The notes under the pieces were generated by a model. It was not told the DNA's origin and made no database searches. It worked only from the letters and a program-made list of their open reading frames with translations. The position numbers and the translations under genes are program-made. Positions 1 through 9,674 of a stretch of DNA of 64,000 bases are shown one piece after another. The stretch comes from Aquificaceae bacterium (GTDB lineage: Bacteria > Aquificota > Aquificia > Aquificales > Aquificaceae), in assembly GCA_041640635.1 (NCBI GenBank), contig JBEPZX010000001.1:1-64000 (forward strand). The letters run 5' to 3'. Each line of letters begins with the position of its first letter. Positions within the stretch are counted from its first letter, which is position 1.

Positions 1-719
1 TCACCAGTTATGTAACTTGCCATATCAGAGCAAAGAAAAGCTACAACATAGGCTACATCTTCGGGTTTTCCGAATCTGCCTAAAGGAATGTTTTTTAAGT
101 ATGAAGTTTTCACATCTTCTGAAAGTACAGATGTCATATCCGTTTCTATAAATCCTGGAGCTATGGCATTAACTGTTATATTTCTGCTTGCGAGTTCTTT
201 AGCTAAGCTTTTTGTAAAACCCAATAGCCCAGCCTTTGTTGTTGAGTAATTGACCTGTCCTATGTTCCCCATAAAGCCTACTATGGAAGAAATATTTACA
301 ATTCTTCCCCACCTATTTTTTAGCATACCTTTAATTGCTAGAGATGTTGCCAAAAAAGTACCAGTTAAATTGACTTTGAGCACTTCTTCCCAATCTTCCA
401 AAGACATACGAATAAACAACTTATCCTTTGTTATACCTGCGTTGTTAACTAGTATGTCTACTGCACCAAAAGCTTCTTCTATCTTTGCAAAGGCTTTTTT
501 TATAGATTCAGTATCTGAAAGATCCATTTCCACACCTAAAGCATCAACACTGTAAGTTTGTGATATTTCTTTGGCAACCTCCTTTGCCCTTTCTTCATCC
601 CTTCCCGTTATTACCACTTTTGCGTTAGCTTGTGCAAGTGTTTGAGCTATAGCTTTCCCAATACCTCTTGTAGAGCCAGTAATTAATGCTTTTTTATTGG
701 ATAAGTCTATTTTTACCAT
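1..719 (-). CDS. fabG: 3-oxoacyl-ACP reductase (partial, runs off window start; absent from ORF track)
   Basis: Minus-strand translation from ATG at 719: MVKIDLSNKKALITGSTRGIGK (TGxxxGxG), NNAGITKD, NYSTTKAG (YxxxK), APGFIETDM, IPLGRFG. Confidence 0.93.
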   Translation of the reverse strand, partial: MVKIDLSNKKALITGSTRGIGKAIAQTLAQANAKVVITGRDEERAKEVAKEISQTYSVDALGVEMDLSDTESIKKAFAKIEEAFGAVDILVNNAGITKDKLFIRMSLEDWEEVLKVNLTGTFLATSLAIKGMLKNRWGRIVNISSIVGFMGNIGQVNYSTTKAGLLGFTKSLAKELASRNITVNAIAPGFIETDMTSVLSEDVKTSYLKNIPLGRFGKPEDVAYVVAFLCSDMASYITG

Positions 720-742
720 GATTAAAAATTATAATAGTCTTT

Positions 743-2041
743 ATGAGATACGAATTATCTTTAAATGAGATACCAAAAAAATGGTTTAACATAGTACCCT
801 ATTTGCCAAAACCTCTGGATCCTCCTCTGAATCCGCAAACTCATCAACCTTTATCACCTAAGGACATGCTTGCCATATTTCCAGAACCAATAATAGAGCA
901 AGAAGTAACAGATGAGGAATGGATAAGTATTCCCGAAGAAGTATTAAAAATTTACTCTCTTTGGAGACCTACACCTCTTCATAGGGCAAAAATGCTTGAA
1001 GAGTATTTGCAAACACCAGCCAAGATCTTTTATAAAAACGAAAGCGTTTCTCCGCCAGGAAGTCATAAACCTAACACCGCTGTAGCTCAGGCTTACTATA
1101 ACAAGATATCTGGTGTTAAAAGACTCACTACAGAAACAGGTGCTGGTCAATGGGGAAGTTCTTTGGCTTTTGCTACACAGTTTTTTGGTTTGGAGTGCGA
1201 AGTTTTTATGGTAAGGGTAAGTTACAACCAAAAACCTTACAGAAGAATACTTATGCAAACGTGGGGAGCGAATGTTGTTCCCTCTCCAAGCCCGTTAACA
1301 AATGCTGGTAAAACATTCTATCAGGAAAATCCTGAGCACTCTGGAAGTTTAGGCATAGCTATAAGCGAAGCTATAGAAAGAGCTGTAACTACACCAAATA
1401 CCAAGTATTCTCTAGGAAGTGTTCTAAACCATGTGCTTTTACATCAAACCATAATAGGTTTAGAAGCAGAAAAACAAATGGAGATGTCTGGATACTTTCC
1501 AGATTACGTTATAGCTAGCGTAGGAGGAGGAAGCAATTTTGCAGGTTTAGCATTTCCTTTTCTAAAGCATAAGCTCGAAGGTAAAAAACCTGATTTGAAG
1601 GTTATAGCTGTAGAGCCAAAGGCCTGCCCTACATTGACAGAAGGTGAGTATAGGTATGATTATGGCGATACTGTAGGTTTAACACCCCTTATAAAGATGT
1701 ACACATTAGGACATGAGTATGTGCCACCTCCTATTCATGCTGGTGGTCTTAGATACCATGGAGATGCTCCTTTGGTTTCTCTGCTTTATAACACAGGTCA
1801 CATCTCAGCTGTTGCTTATAAACAGAGGGAAATTTTTGAAGCAGCTTTAATATTTGCCAAAACTGAGGGTATCATACCTGCTCCAGAATCCGCACACGCA
1901 GTTAGAAAAGCCATTGATGTAGCCATGGAATGTAAAAAAACAGGTCAAGAAAAGGTTATTTTATTTAACCTATCTGGGCACGGTTATTTTGATTTGGCTG
2001 CATACGACATGTACTTAAAAAATGAGCTTCCTGATACTTGA
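743..2041 (+). CDS. trpB2: Tryptophan synthase beta chain 2 (TrpB-like PLP enzyme)
   Basis: GSHKPN PLP-lysine motif, [21 protein letters not shown]; 432 aa with TrpB2-type N-terminus. Confidence 0.92.
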   Translation: MRYELSLNEIPKKWFNIVPYLPKPLDPPLNPQTHQPLSPKDMLAIFPEPIIEQEVTDEEWISIPEEVLKIYSLWRPTPLHRAKMLEEYLQTPAKIFYKNESVSPPGSHKPNTAVAQAYYNKISGVKRLTTETGAGQWGSSLAFATQFFGLECEVFMVRVSYNQKPYRRILMQTWGANVVPSPSPLTNAGKTFYQENPEHSGSLGIAISEAIERAVTTPNTKYSLGSVLNHVLLHQTIIGLEAEKQMEMSGYFPDYVIASVGGGSNFAGLAFPFLKHKLEGKKPDLKVIAVEPKACPTLTEGEYRYDYGDTVGLTPLIKMYTLGHEYVPPPIHAGGLRYHGDAPLVSLLYNTGHISAVAYKQREIFEAALIFAKTEGIIPAPESAHAVRKAIDVAMECKKTGQEKVILFNLSGHGYFDLAAYDMYLKNELPDT

Positions 2042-2058
2042 GTTATAATATTTAACAA

Positions 2059-2724
2059 ATGTACTATCTGCTTCCGTCCAGTTTAAAGCAATCTAAGCTT
2101 AAACTGAAATTTGAGAATGAAGATGGCCAGAGTGTAAGTTTTGATGAGTTCGAGCCTATAAGAAAAATGTTGATTAAATGTACATTTGTGGATAAATCAG
2201 CTCATTTGCTTCCTGTATGGAGACGTTTTAAAGGCCCCTTTTGGGATTCCCTCGAGTTTTGGGTTTTGCCCCCAGTTGTTCAAAAGAGAATAGAGAAGCA
2301 TTCTCTCGTTCTTTCCCCCCTCTACGGTTTTCTGTCCATATCCAACTTAATACCTTTATACAAATTAAAGTGGGAAAGCCTTTGCTATGAAAAAAAGGTA
2401 AAAGAATTATGGAAACCTGTACTAAAGGAAAAAAGTAGAGAAATCTTTAGAGACAAGGTTATCTTTAATTTTCTTGGCGATGAAAGCCGACTACTAGATT
2501 TTTCAACAACAAGAAAGACTGTAGAGTTTGAGTTCTACAGAAAGGACAAAAAGGTAAAGTCCAACGCCAGGCATAAGGCTTACGTATTAAGATACATTGC
2601 AGAAAGGGACTTGGATATTTCTCAATTGGATAGGATAAATTTTTACGACTATAAAGTTGAAAGCATTTTAGAGGAGAGAAACACAATAAAAGTTACTATG
2701 AAAGGTGAGGGTAGGTATATATGA
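2059..2724 (+). CDS. YaaA/DUF328-like peroxide-stress protein (divergent)
   Basis: RFKGPFW, LVLSPLYGFL, IPLYKL resemble YaaA motifs. Confidence 0.6.
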   Translation: MYYLLPSSLKQSKLKLKFENEDGQSVSFDEFEPIRKMLIKCTFVDKSAHLLPVWRRFKGPFWDSLEFWVLPPVVQKRIEKHSLVLSPLYGFLSISNLIPLYKLKWESLCYEKKVKELWKPVLKEKSREIFRDKVIFNFLGDESRLLDFSTTRKTVEFEFYRKDKKVKSNARHKAYVLRYIAERDLDISQLDRINFYDYKVESILEERNTIKVTMKGEGRYI

Positions 2725-3659
2725 TTTCTGTAGTCATTCCTGCCTACAATGAGGAAGAGAACATTCCCATACTATACGAAAAACTCAAAAGCGTTTTGGA
2801 TAGGTTAAGCGAAGATTACGAAATAATTATTGTAGATGATGGATCTTCTGATGGTACTTACCAAATTCTAAAGGACTTAACTTCTAAAGACAACAAGTTA
2901 AAGGTAATAAGGTTTAAAAGAAACTATGGTCAAACTGCTGCTATGTATGCAGGATTTCAACACGCAAAAGGCGATGTAATAATTACGCTGGATGCTGACC
3001 TCCAAAATGATCCAGAGGATATACCCCTTCTTCTCGAAAAATTGAAGGAAGGATACGATGTAGTAAGTGGTTGGAGAAAAAATAGAAAAGATCCGTTTTT
3101 TTCAAGAAAACTTCCATCTATGATAGCCAATTGGATAATAGCGCGTGTTACTGGTGTACACATACACGATTACGGCTGTACACTAAAGGCTTATAAAAGG
3201 GATATAGCTCAAAAACTGGAATTGTATGGTGACATGCACCGCTTTTTACCAGCTCTTACAAAGAAACACGGTGCAAAAGTGGTGGAAGTGGTTGTAAACC
3301 ATCACCCTAGATTACACGGAAAGTCCAAGTACGGTATAGGCAGGACGCTTAGGGTAATGTTGGATATTTTACTTGTTAAGTTTCTAAATGAGTATATGAA
3401 CAAACCTATGTATGTTTTTGGATCGTTAGGTTTTATTCTGTTAGCCATAGGTTCAGTAGCTCTTTTTTACTTGATTTTTATAAAACTATTTTTGGAAGAG
3501 AGTATAGGTAGAAGGCCACTTCTCATTCTCAGTGTTTTGTCCATACTTGCTGGTATTCAACTTGTTTCTACTGGTATACTAGCAGAGCTCATAATAAGGA
3601 TTTACTATAGAATAAAGGATGATAAACCTTACGTCATAGAAGAAACACTAAATCTCTGA
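2721..3659 (+). CDS. Glycosyltransferase family 2, polyprenol-phosphate type with two C-terminal TM helices
   Basis: VVIPAYNEE, DDGSSD, RNYGQTAA, DADLQNDP, hydrophobic C-terminus. Confidence 0.9.
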   Translation: MISVVIPAYNEEENIPILYEKLKSVLDRLSEDYEIIIVDDGSSDGTYQILKDLTSKDNKLKVIRFKRNYGQTAAMYAGFQHAKGDVIITLDADLQNDPEDIPLLLEKLKEGYDVVSGWRKNRKDPFFSRKLPSMIANWIIARVTGVHIHDYGCTLKAYKRDIAQKLELYGDMHRFLPALTKKHGAKVVEVVVNHHPRLHGKSKYGIGRTLRVMLDILLVKFLNEYMNKPMYVFGSLGFILLAIGSVALFYLIFIKLFLEESIGRRPLLILSVLSILAGIQLVSTGILAELIIRIYYRIKDDKPYVIEETLNL

Positions 3660-3709
3660 AAGTTCCCCTTTTAGTCTTTAGTGATAAAATTAATAATAGA
3701 GGTGATCGT

Positions 3710-4039
3710 ATGCTAGAAAATTTTGAAGAAATAACGGATAAGGATTTTTATGAAAAAGCAATGGCAGGAGAAAAACCTGCTGTTGTGTTTCTTACCTATC
3801 CAGACAATCCACAAAATGAGGCTTTTTATAAGAGTTTAGAGAGATATATAAGGCTTTACAGGGATAAGATAAACTTCTATTACCTAAATGCATCTACAAA
3901 TACATCAGCAGAGGATTTGGGGGTGTTTAACTTTCCTACAATACTTTACTTTAGAGATACCATGGAGTTAGAAAGGCATGACTATCTGCCTTCTTCAGAA
4001 GATGTGGAAAGAGCTATAAAAAGGCTTCTTAGGTTATGA
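3710..4039 (+). CDS. Thioredoxin-fold protein lacking CxxC
   Basis: Size and pattern ITDKDFYEK...PAVVFL...GVFNFPTILYF match the Trx fold; no Cys; GAGGTG SD upstream. Confidence 0.55.
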   Translation: MLENFEEITDKDFYEKAMAGEKPAVVFLTYPDNPQNEAFYKSLERYIRLYRDKINFYYLNASTNTSAEDLGVFNFPTILYFRDTMELERHDYLPSSEDVERAIKRLLRL

Positions 4040-4545
4040 AACGTTTGTGGGCACCTTGGCGCAAAAGTTATGTAGAAAATGTAGATAACCAAAAGGATTG
4101 TTTTTTGTGTGAAGCAGTTTCTCAGAAAGAAGATAGCCTAAGGGATTACTTGGTTTTGTACAAAGGTAAGTTTTCCTTTGTAATATTCAACAAATACCCT
4201 TACAATGCTGGACATCTTATGGTGGCACCTATAGCCCATATAGGCAATTTTATAGAAACAGACGAAGAAATAGCTTTGGAAATACACAGGTTAACAAAGG
4301 TTTGTATTTTGGCGCTAAAAGAAACAATAAAGCCACAAGGATTTAACATTGGATACAACTTAGGAAGAGCTGCAGGTGCAGGGTTAGAAACGCACATACA
4401 CTTGCACATAGTCCCAAGATGGAACGGTGATACAAACTTTATGCCTATTGTTGGAAGCGTGAAGGTAATTTCTCAGGATCTTTATGAACTCTACGATAGG
4501 ATAAAGCCCGTATTTTATGACATCTTAGATGCTTTTAAAGGTTAA
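4036..4545 (+). CDS. HIT-family nucleotide hydrolase (Ap4A phosphorylase-like)
   Basis: LWAPWR, CFLC, NKYPYNAGHLM, HIHLHIVPRW. Confidence 0.9.
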   Translation: MKRLWAPWRKSYVENVDNQKDCFLCEAVSQKEDSLRDYLVLYKGKFSFVIFNKYPYNAGHLMVAPIAHIGNFIETDEEIALEIHRLTKVCILALKETIKPQGFNIGYNLGRAAGAGLETHIHLHIVPRWNGDTNFMPIVGSVKVISQDLYELYDRIKPVFYDILDAFKG

Positions 4546-5269
4546 TAGATTAAACCTTTACTATGGGAATAAGCATATACTCAAAGATATAAGCTTTACA
4601 CTATCCGAAGGGGAAATTCTTTGTATAGTTGGTGAATCGGGATCGGGGAAAACATCTATACTTTATTCCATACTTGGTCTTTTACCAAGAAAAGCAAGGG
4701 TGGAAGGAGAAATAATATTTAAGGGTAAGAACTTAATGGATAAAAAATTAATAGAAAACATGCGCGGTAGAGAGATATCTATGGTATTTCAGGAGCCTTC
4801 TCTATATTTAGATCCGCTTTTCAAAATAGGAAACCAAGTCAAAGAAACATACGAAATTCATTTTGATAAGAAAGATGCGAAAGTAAAAGCTTTAGAAAGT
4901 TTAAGAAATGTGGGAATAACAGATGCTGAAAGAGTTTACAATGCTTATCCTCATCAGTTATCAGGAGGCTTAAAGCAAAGAGCTTGTATAGCTGTAGCAA
5001 CGGTTTGTAACCCATCTCTTGTTCTCGCTGATGAACCAACAACAGCATTAGATGTATCTGTTCAAAGTAAAGTACTTAAGCTATTTATACGAATGAAGGA
5101 AGAAGGTAAAAGTGTTGTGCTCGTTACTCATGATTTTGGTGTCGTTGCAGAAATAGCTGATAGAGTAATAGTCTTAAAAGATGGCCAGATAGTCGAAGAA
5201 GGAGATGTTTTTACTATATTCGATACCCCTAAACATAATTACACCATAGAACTTCTAAAAAGTATTTAG
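4529..5269 (+). CDS. ABC transporter ATP-binding protein, Dpp/OppD type
   Basis: GESGSGKT, YPHQLSGG, ADEPTTALD, H-loop VTHD. Confidence 0.88.
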   Translation: MLLKVNRLNLYYGNKHILKDISFTLSEGEILCIVGESGSGKTSILYSILGLLPRKARVEGEIIFKGKNLMDKKLIENMRGREISMVFQEPSLYLDPLFKIGNQVKETYEIHFDKKDAKVKALESLRNVGITDAERVYNAYPHQLSGGLKQRACIAVATVCNPSLVLADEPTTALDVSVQSKVLKLFIRMKEEGKSVVLVTHDFGVVAEIADRVIVLKDGQIVEEGDVFTIFDTPKHNYTIELLKSI

Positions 5270-5923
5270 TATTTCTCTTAATTCAAAAACAGATTTTGGC
5301 ACTATGGGAACATAACCAGATTTAATCTCTTCTACTTTGTAATCTCCACCGTAATAGTTCTTGTTTGCCTCTTTATCTATCTTTATAACTGTACCACCTA
5401 ATGAGATACCTGCATACAGCCCTTTTGCTCTAGAATAAGAATAAACCTCTGCATCTAAAGCTGGATCAGTTCCAGCACCAGCAGACCTCCCAACAGGTCC
5501 AGCGGCAACTGATGCATCAGCACCAAGCGTAAACCTACCTTTTAAGAACCCTTCTACACTTCTTCTAGTTCTAAAGACTAATATAAGATCGATAGATTGA
5601 GCACCTATCTGCCAACCTAAACTACCACCACCAACTGAAATAAAAACTGGATATGACCATTCCCTTCCTTGCCTAATTAGCATGATGCCCTTTCCAAAAC
5701 TTCCTCCAGCTACAAAACCAACCTTTATGTAGCCTGGTACTATAGCTAAACCGTAGGCGCTTTTTATGACCTTTGGTGGAATACTTTGTTCTGGTATGTT
5801 TTTAAAATCTTTGATTATCTCTATCGCATCTCTTACTATTTCTTCCTCTTTGCTAGCCTCTTGGGCTCTAAGAATTGACAGTGGGATGCTAACTAAAAAC
5901 ATTAATAACAAAATCAACCTCAT
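5255..5923 (-). CDS. Lipid-binding SYLF/Ysc84-domain protein, secreted
   Basis: Signal peptide; GGGSLGWQIGAQ, LGADASVAAGPVGR, YSRAKGLYAGISL. Confidence 0.88.
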   Translation of the reverse strand: MRLILLLMFLVSIPLSILRAQEASKEEEIVRDAIEIIKDFKNIPEQSIPPKVIKSAYGLAIVPGYIKVGFVAGGSFGKGIMLIRQGREWSYPVFISVGGGSLGWQIGAQSIDLILVFRTRRSVEGFLKGRFTLGADASVAAGPVGRSAGAGTDPALDAEVYSYSRAKGLYAGISLGGTVIKIDKEANKNYYGGDYKVEEIKSGYVPIVPKSVFELREILNTF

Positions 5924-5949
5924 AATCTTATAGTATAATTTAAAAACTT

Positions 5950-7356
5950 ATGGTAGTTACCCGTTTTGCACCTAGTCCTACAGGATATCTGCACCTTGGA
6001 AATGCAAGGACAGCCATATTTAGTTACTTGTTTGCAAGACACTATAAAGGTAAATTTATACTGCGTGTAGAAGATACAGATTTGGAAAGATCTACAAAGG
6101 AGTATGAAAAACTCCTAATAGACGACCTTAGATGGTTGGGGTTGGAATGGGATGAGTTTTATAGGCAATCGGATAGGTTTGATATATACAGAGAGTATGC
6201 GCAAAAGCTTGTAAAACTTGGTCACGCTTACGAATGCTTTTGCACTCCACAAGAACTAGAGGAAGAAAGAGAAAGGGCAAGGACAAAAGGAATACCTTAC
6301 AGGTATTCGGGTAAGTGTAGAGTGTTAACAAAAGAGGAAGTTGAAACCTTCAAAAAGGAAGGCAAGCCTTATACTATAAGATTTAGAGTGCCTGACGGAG
6401 AAACCATAGTGTTCGAAGACCTTGTAAAGGGGCACATAGCAATTAATGTAGATGATTTTGGCGATTTTGTAATAGTCAGAAGCGATGGTACACCTACGTA
6501 TAACTTTGTAGTAGTTGTAGATGACGCACTAATGGGTGTAACACATATTGTTAGAGGTGAGGATCATATTCCTAATACACCTAAGCAAATACTTATCTAT
6601 AGAGCTTTAAGCTTTCAAGTGCCGAAGTTTGCACACCTTCCGGTAATATTGGGCGAAGATAGAAGCAAGCTTTCCAAACGTCATGGTGCAGTTTCCGTAA
6701 GACACTATAGAGAAGAGGGTTATCTTCCTCAAGCTCTTTTTAATTACCTATGTTTGCTTGGGTGGTCACCAAAGGAGGAAGGAAAAGAGATCTTTTCCAA
6801 AGAAGAATTAATAAGTGTATTTGAGCTCAAAGATGTAAATGACTCACCGGCTGTATTTAGTAAAGAGAAGCTTCGTTGGATGAATGGTGTATACATAAGG
6901 GAGGTTTTAAGCGTAGAAGAGCTTACGAATTACGTAGAACCTTTCTTGAGGAAAGCCAAATACGAGTTTGACAGGGGCTATCTCGTAAAAGTGCTTGAAA
7001 GAGCAAGGGATTCTTTCGAAACACTCTCCGAAGCTCCTGAGAAGCTAGAGCCCTTCTTTGTTGATCATATGGAACTGTCCCAAGAAGCAAAGTCAATATT
7101 GGAAAATGTAAAAGCCCAAGATATACTCAAATTCGTATTGGACAATACAAGTGACTCTATAAGCGGGCAGAAGATTAAAGAAATAGCAAAAGCTGCACAA
7201 AAACAGCTTCAGGTAAAACCTAAAGATTTTTGGCATGTTTTGAGGGCTGCATTAACAGGCAGACTGGAAGGTATAGGTATAGATGTACTTTGCGATGTTT
7301 TGCCTAAGGAAAGGTTTACAAAAAGGATACAGAGGATCTTAGAGCTCTACCAATAA
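5950..7356 (+). CDS. gltX: Glutamate--tRNA ligase
   Basis: RFAPSPTGYLHLG (HIGH), RVEDTD, RGEDH, KLSKR. Confidence 0.96.
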   Translation: MVVTRFAPSPTGYLHLGNARTAIFSYLFARHYKGKFILRVEDTDLERSTKEYEKLLIDDLRWLGLEWDEFYRQSDRFDIYREYAQKLVKLGHAYECFCTPQELEEERERARTKGIPYRYSGKCRVLTKEEVETFKKEGKPYTIRFRVPDGETIVFEDLVKGHIAINVDDFGDFVIVRSDGTPTYNFVVVVDDALMGVTHIVRGEDHIPNTPKQILIYRALSFQVPKFAHLPVILGEDRSKLSKRHGAVSVRHYREEGYLPQALFNYLCLLGWSPKEEGKEIFSKEELISVFELKDVNDSPAVFSKEKLRWMNGVYIREVLSVEELTNYVEPFLRKAKYEFDRGYLVKVLERARDSFETLSEAPEKLEPFFVDHMELSQEAKSILENVKAQDILKFVLDNTSDSISGQKIKEIAKAAQKQLQVKPKDFWHVLRAALTGRLEGIGIDVLCDVLPKERFTKRIQRILELYQ

Positions 7357-7415
7357 AACAGCTTCCATTTGTTTTTAGTTATAATAAAATAAGTTTTAAA
7401 AAGGGAGGTAAATCC

Positions 7416-7640
7416 ATGAAAAGGGCTCTCCTATCTATAATACTTCTGGGTACTGTTGTCTTTTTACCGTATACCAAAGCTCAAGAAAGAACAATCAAAG
7501 CCGACAACCAAAAGGAAACAAACGCAAAGTCAGAGGATAGCAAAAACAAACCCAACGCTGCGGACATTTCAAATTCCACTATAAGCATCCTATATAAGAA
7601 AGAACAAGAAAAAAGAAGCTCAAAACCTAGTACAAAGTAA
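7416..7640 (+). CDS. Small secreted protein or relic derived from the pstS 5' end
   Basis: GGAGGT SD, signal peptide; KAQERTIKAD and DISNSTISILYKKEQE align to Pst[11 protein letters not shown] and [15 protein letters not shown]. Confidence 0.5.
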   Translation: MKRALLSIILLGTVVFLPYTKAQERTIKADNQKETNAKSEDSKNKPNAADISNSTISILYKKEQEKRSSKPSTK

Positions 7641-7690
7641 AAAGAAGCTTGTTCAATTTATAAAGTTTCAATTGAGTTTTACCAATCACA

Positions 7691-7720
7691 ATTCTTAACG
7701 GATTCTTAACAATCCTTATG
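7691..7720 (+). promoter_or_regulatory. Pho-box-like direct repeats upstream of pstS
   Basis: ATTCTTAAC at 7691 and 7702 (11-bp period), weaker ATCCTTATG at 7712. Confidence 0.6.
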
Positions 7721-7759
7721 TATGATCATAATTAACAAAAACCTAAAGGAGGTATTAGT

Positions 7760-8758
7760 ATGAAGAAAGTTGTTTTAGCAAGTGCCATTTTAAGCTTTGG
7801 TACACTAGTAGCGGGTGTCAAAGCTCAGGAGAAAGTTATCAAGATCGATGGATCATCTACGGTTTATCCTATAACAGAGGCTGTAGCTGAGGAATTCCAA
7901 AAAAGAACAAAAACTAAAGTTACAGTAGGTATATCTGGAACAGGTGGTGGATTTAAGAAGTTTTGCAGAGGCGAAACGGACATATCCAATGCTTCAAGAC
8001 CTATACTAAAGAAAGAAATGGAAGAATGCAGCAAAAATGGTATAGAGTATATAGAACTTCCTGTTGCATATGACGCTCTGTCTGTTATAGTCAACCCAAG
8101 AAATAATTGGGTAAAGAACGATTGTATCACTGTAGAAGAGTTGAAAAAGATGTGGGAACCAGAAGCCCAAGGTAAGATAACCAAATGGAATCAGGTAAAT
8201 CCTGAGTGGCCAGACAGACCTCTAAAGCTTGCAGGTGCAGGTTCCGACTCAGGAACATTTGACTACTTTACGGAAGCTATAATGGGGAAAGCAAAGGCAA
8301 GCAGAGGAGATTACGTAGCTACCGAAGATGACAATGTAACAATAAATGCTGTAGCAAGGGACATAAACGGTTTGGGTTATTTAGGGTTGGCTTATGTAGA
8401 GGAAAACAAAGGTAAAGTCAAAGCTCTGAAAATCAAGAATCCAAAAACTGGTCAATGTGTAGCCCCTACACCTGAAAATGTTAGAAATGGAAGCTACTTC
8501 CCTCTATCTAGACCACTCTTTATTTACGTTAATGTAAAATCAGCAAAGGAAAAGCCTGAAGTCAAGCAGTTTGTTGAGTTTTATCTACAAAACGGAGCCA
8601 AGCTTTCTAGACAAGTAGGTTATGTACCTCTGCCAGATAGAGCTTACCAGCTGGCTATGGATAGATTCAAAGCTATGAAAACAGGTACAGCCTTTGGCGG
8701 AGAACCAGAGGTTGGTGTAACAGTTGAAGAGCTTCTAAAGAGAGAAACAGTAAAGTAA
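7760..8758 (+). CDS. pstS: Phosphate ABC transporter substrate-binding protein
   Basis: [36 protein letters not shown]; first gene of pst operon. Confidence 0.95.
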   Translation: MKKVVLASAILSFGTLVAGVKAQEKVIKIDGSSTVYPITEAVAEEFQKRTKTKVTVGISGTGGGFKKFCRGETDISNASRPILKKEMEECSKNGIEYIELPVAYDALSVIVNPRNNWVKNDCITVEELKKMWEPEAQGKITKWNQVNPEWPDRPLKLAGAGSDSGTFDYFTEAIMGKAKASRGDYVATEDDNVTINAVARDINGLGYLGLAYVEENKGKVKALKIKNPKTGQCVAPTPENVRNGSYFPLSRPLFIYVNVKSAKEKPEVKQFVEFYLQNGAKLSRQVGYVPLPDRAYQLAMDRFKAMKTGTAFGGEPEVGVTVEELLKRETVK

Positions 8759-8768
8759 AATTATAATT

Positions 8769-9674
8769 ATGCAGGTAAAAGCGAATCTGACCATAAAAAG
8801 ACTGATAAATAGGTTAGTTTTGGCGGCTTTTTTTGCCGCTGGCTTTGTAACTATATTTGTGACAATTGGAATAGTTTATGTATTGATTACGGAAGGTATA
8901 AAATTTTTCGCTTTTCCTGAAGTTACACTAAAAGAGTTTTTAACGGGTACAGAGTGGACACCAACTTTCTTTGACAAAAAGTTTGGCATATGGCCATTGG
9001 CAACAGGCACTTTTCTTATAGCAGGCATAGCTGTAATCGTATCCATTCCTATTGGGTTAATAGTAGCTATATATCTAAGCGAATTTGCGCCCCACAAACT
9101 GAGAGAAACAGTGAAGCCTATAATAGAGTTCTTAGAAGCGGTCCCTACCGTTGTTTACGGTTATTTTGCACTGTTGGCGCTTACTCCACTTTTCCAGAAA
9201 TTTGTTCCAGATCTCGATTCCTTTAATGCTCTAGTTACAGGTATTGTGCTAGGTATTATGATACTACCATACACAGCATCAATGGCAGAGGATGCCATGC
9301 ACAGCGTTCCTCAAAGAATAAGAGAAGCTTCCTTTGCTTTAGGAGCAACACGTTCTACCACAGCTATAAAAGTTGTTTTACCGGCTTCCATTTCCGGTGT
9401 AATAGCTGGTTTTATACTGGGAGCATCTAGGGCTATAGGAGAAACTATGGTAGTTGCCATAGCTGCAGGAATGTATCCCAATCTAACACTAGACCCAAGA
9501 GAACCTGTGCAAACTATGACTAGTTATATTGTGCAGGTTGCTTTAGGGGACCTTCCTCATGGGTCTTTGGAATATCAATCCGTTTTTGCTGTAGGTTTAG
9601 CTCTCTTTATAATAACTTTTGTATTTAATTCTATAGCTATCTGGCTAAAATCTAAACTAAGAGAGGCATATTGA
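8769..9674 (+). CDS. pstC: Phosphate ABC transporter permease
   Basis: VPTVVYG, EASFALGAT, SRAIGETM; operon order. Confidence 0.93.
   Translation: MQVKANLTIKRLINRLVLAAFFAAGFVTIFVTIGIVYVLITEGIKFFAFPEVTLKEFLTGTEWTPTFFDKKFGIWPLATGTFLIAGIAVIVSIPIGLIVAIYLSEFAPHKLRETVKPIIEFLEAVPTVVYGYFALLALTPLFQKFVPDLDSFNALVTGIVLGIMILPYTASMAEDAMHSVPQRIREASFALGATRSTTAIKVVLPASISGVIAGFILGASRAIGETMVVAIAAGMYPNLTLDPREPVQTMTSYIVQVALGDLPHGSLEYQSVFAVGLALFIITFVFNSIAIWLKSKLREAY

Noticed and set aside
250..555. Plus-strand 101-aa ORF and the many other short ORFs nested in or antisense to long genes
   Set aside because: Shadow frames of clearly identified genes (here fabG); no independent motifs or start signals
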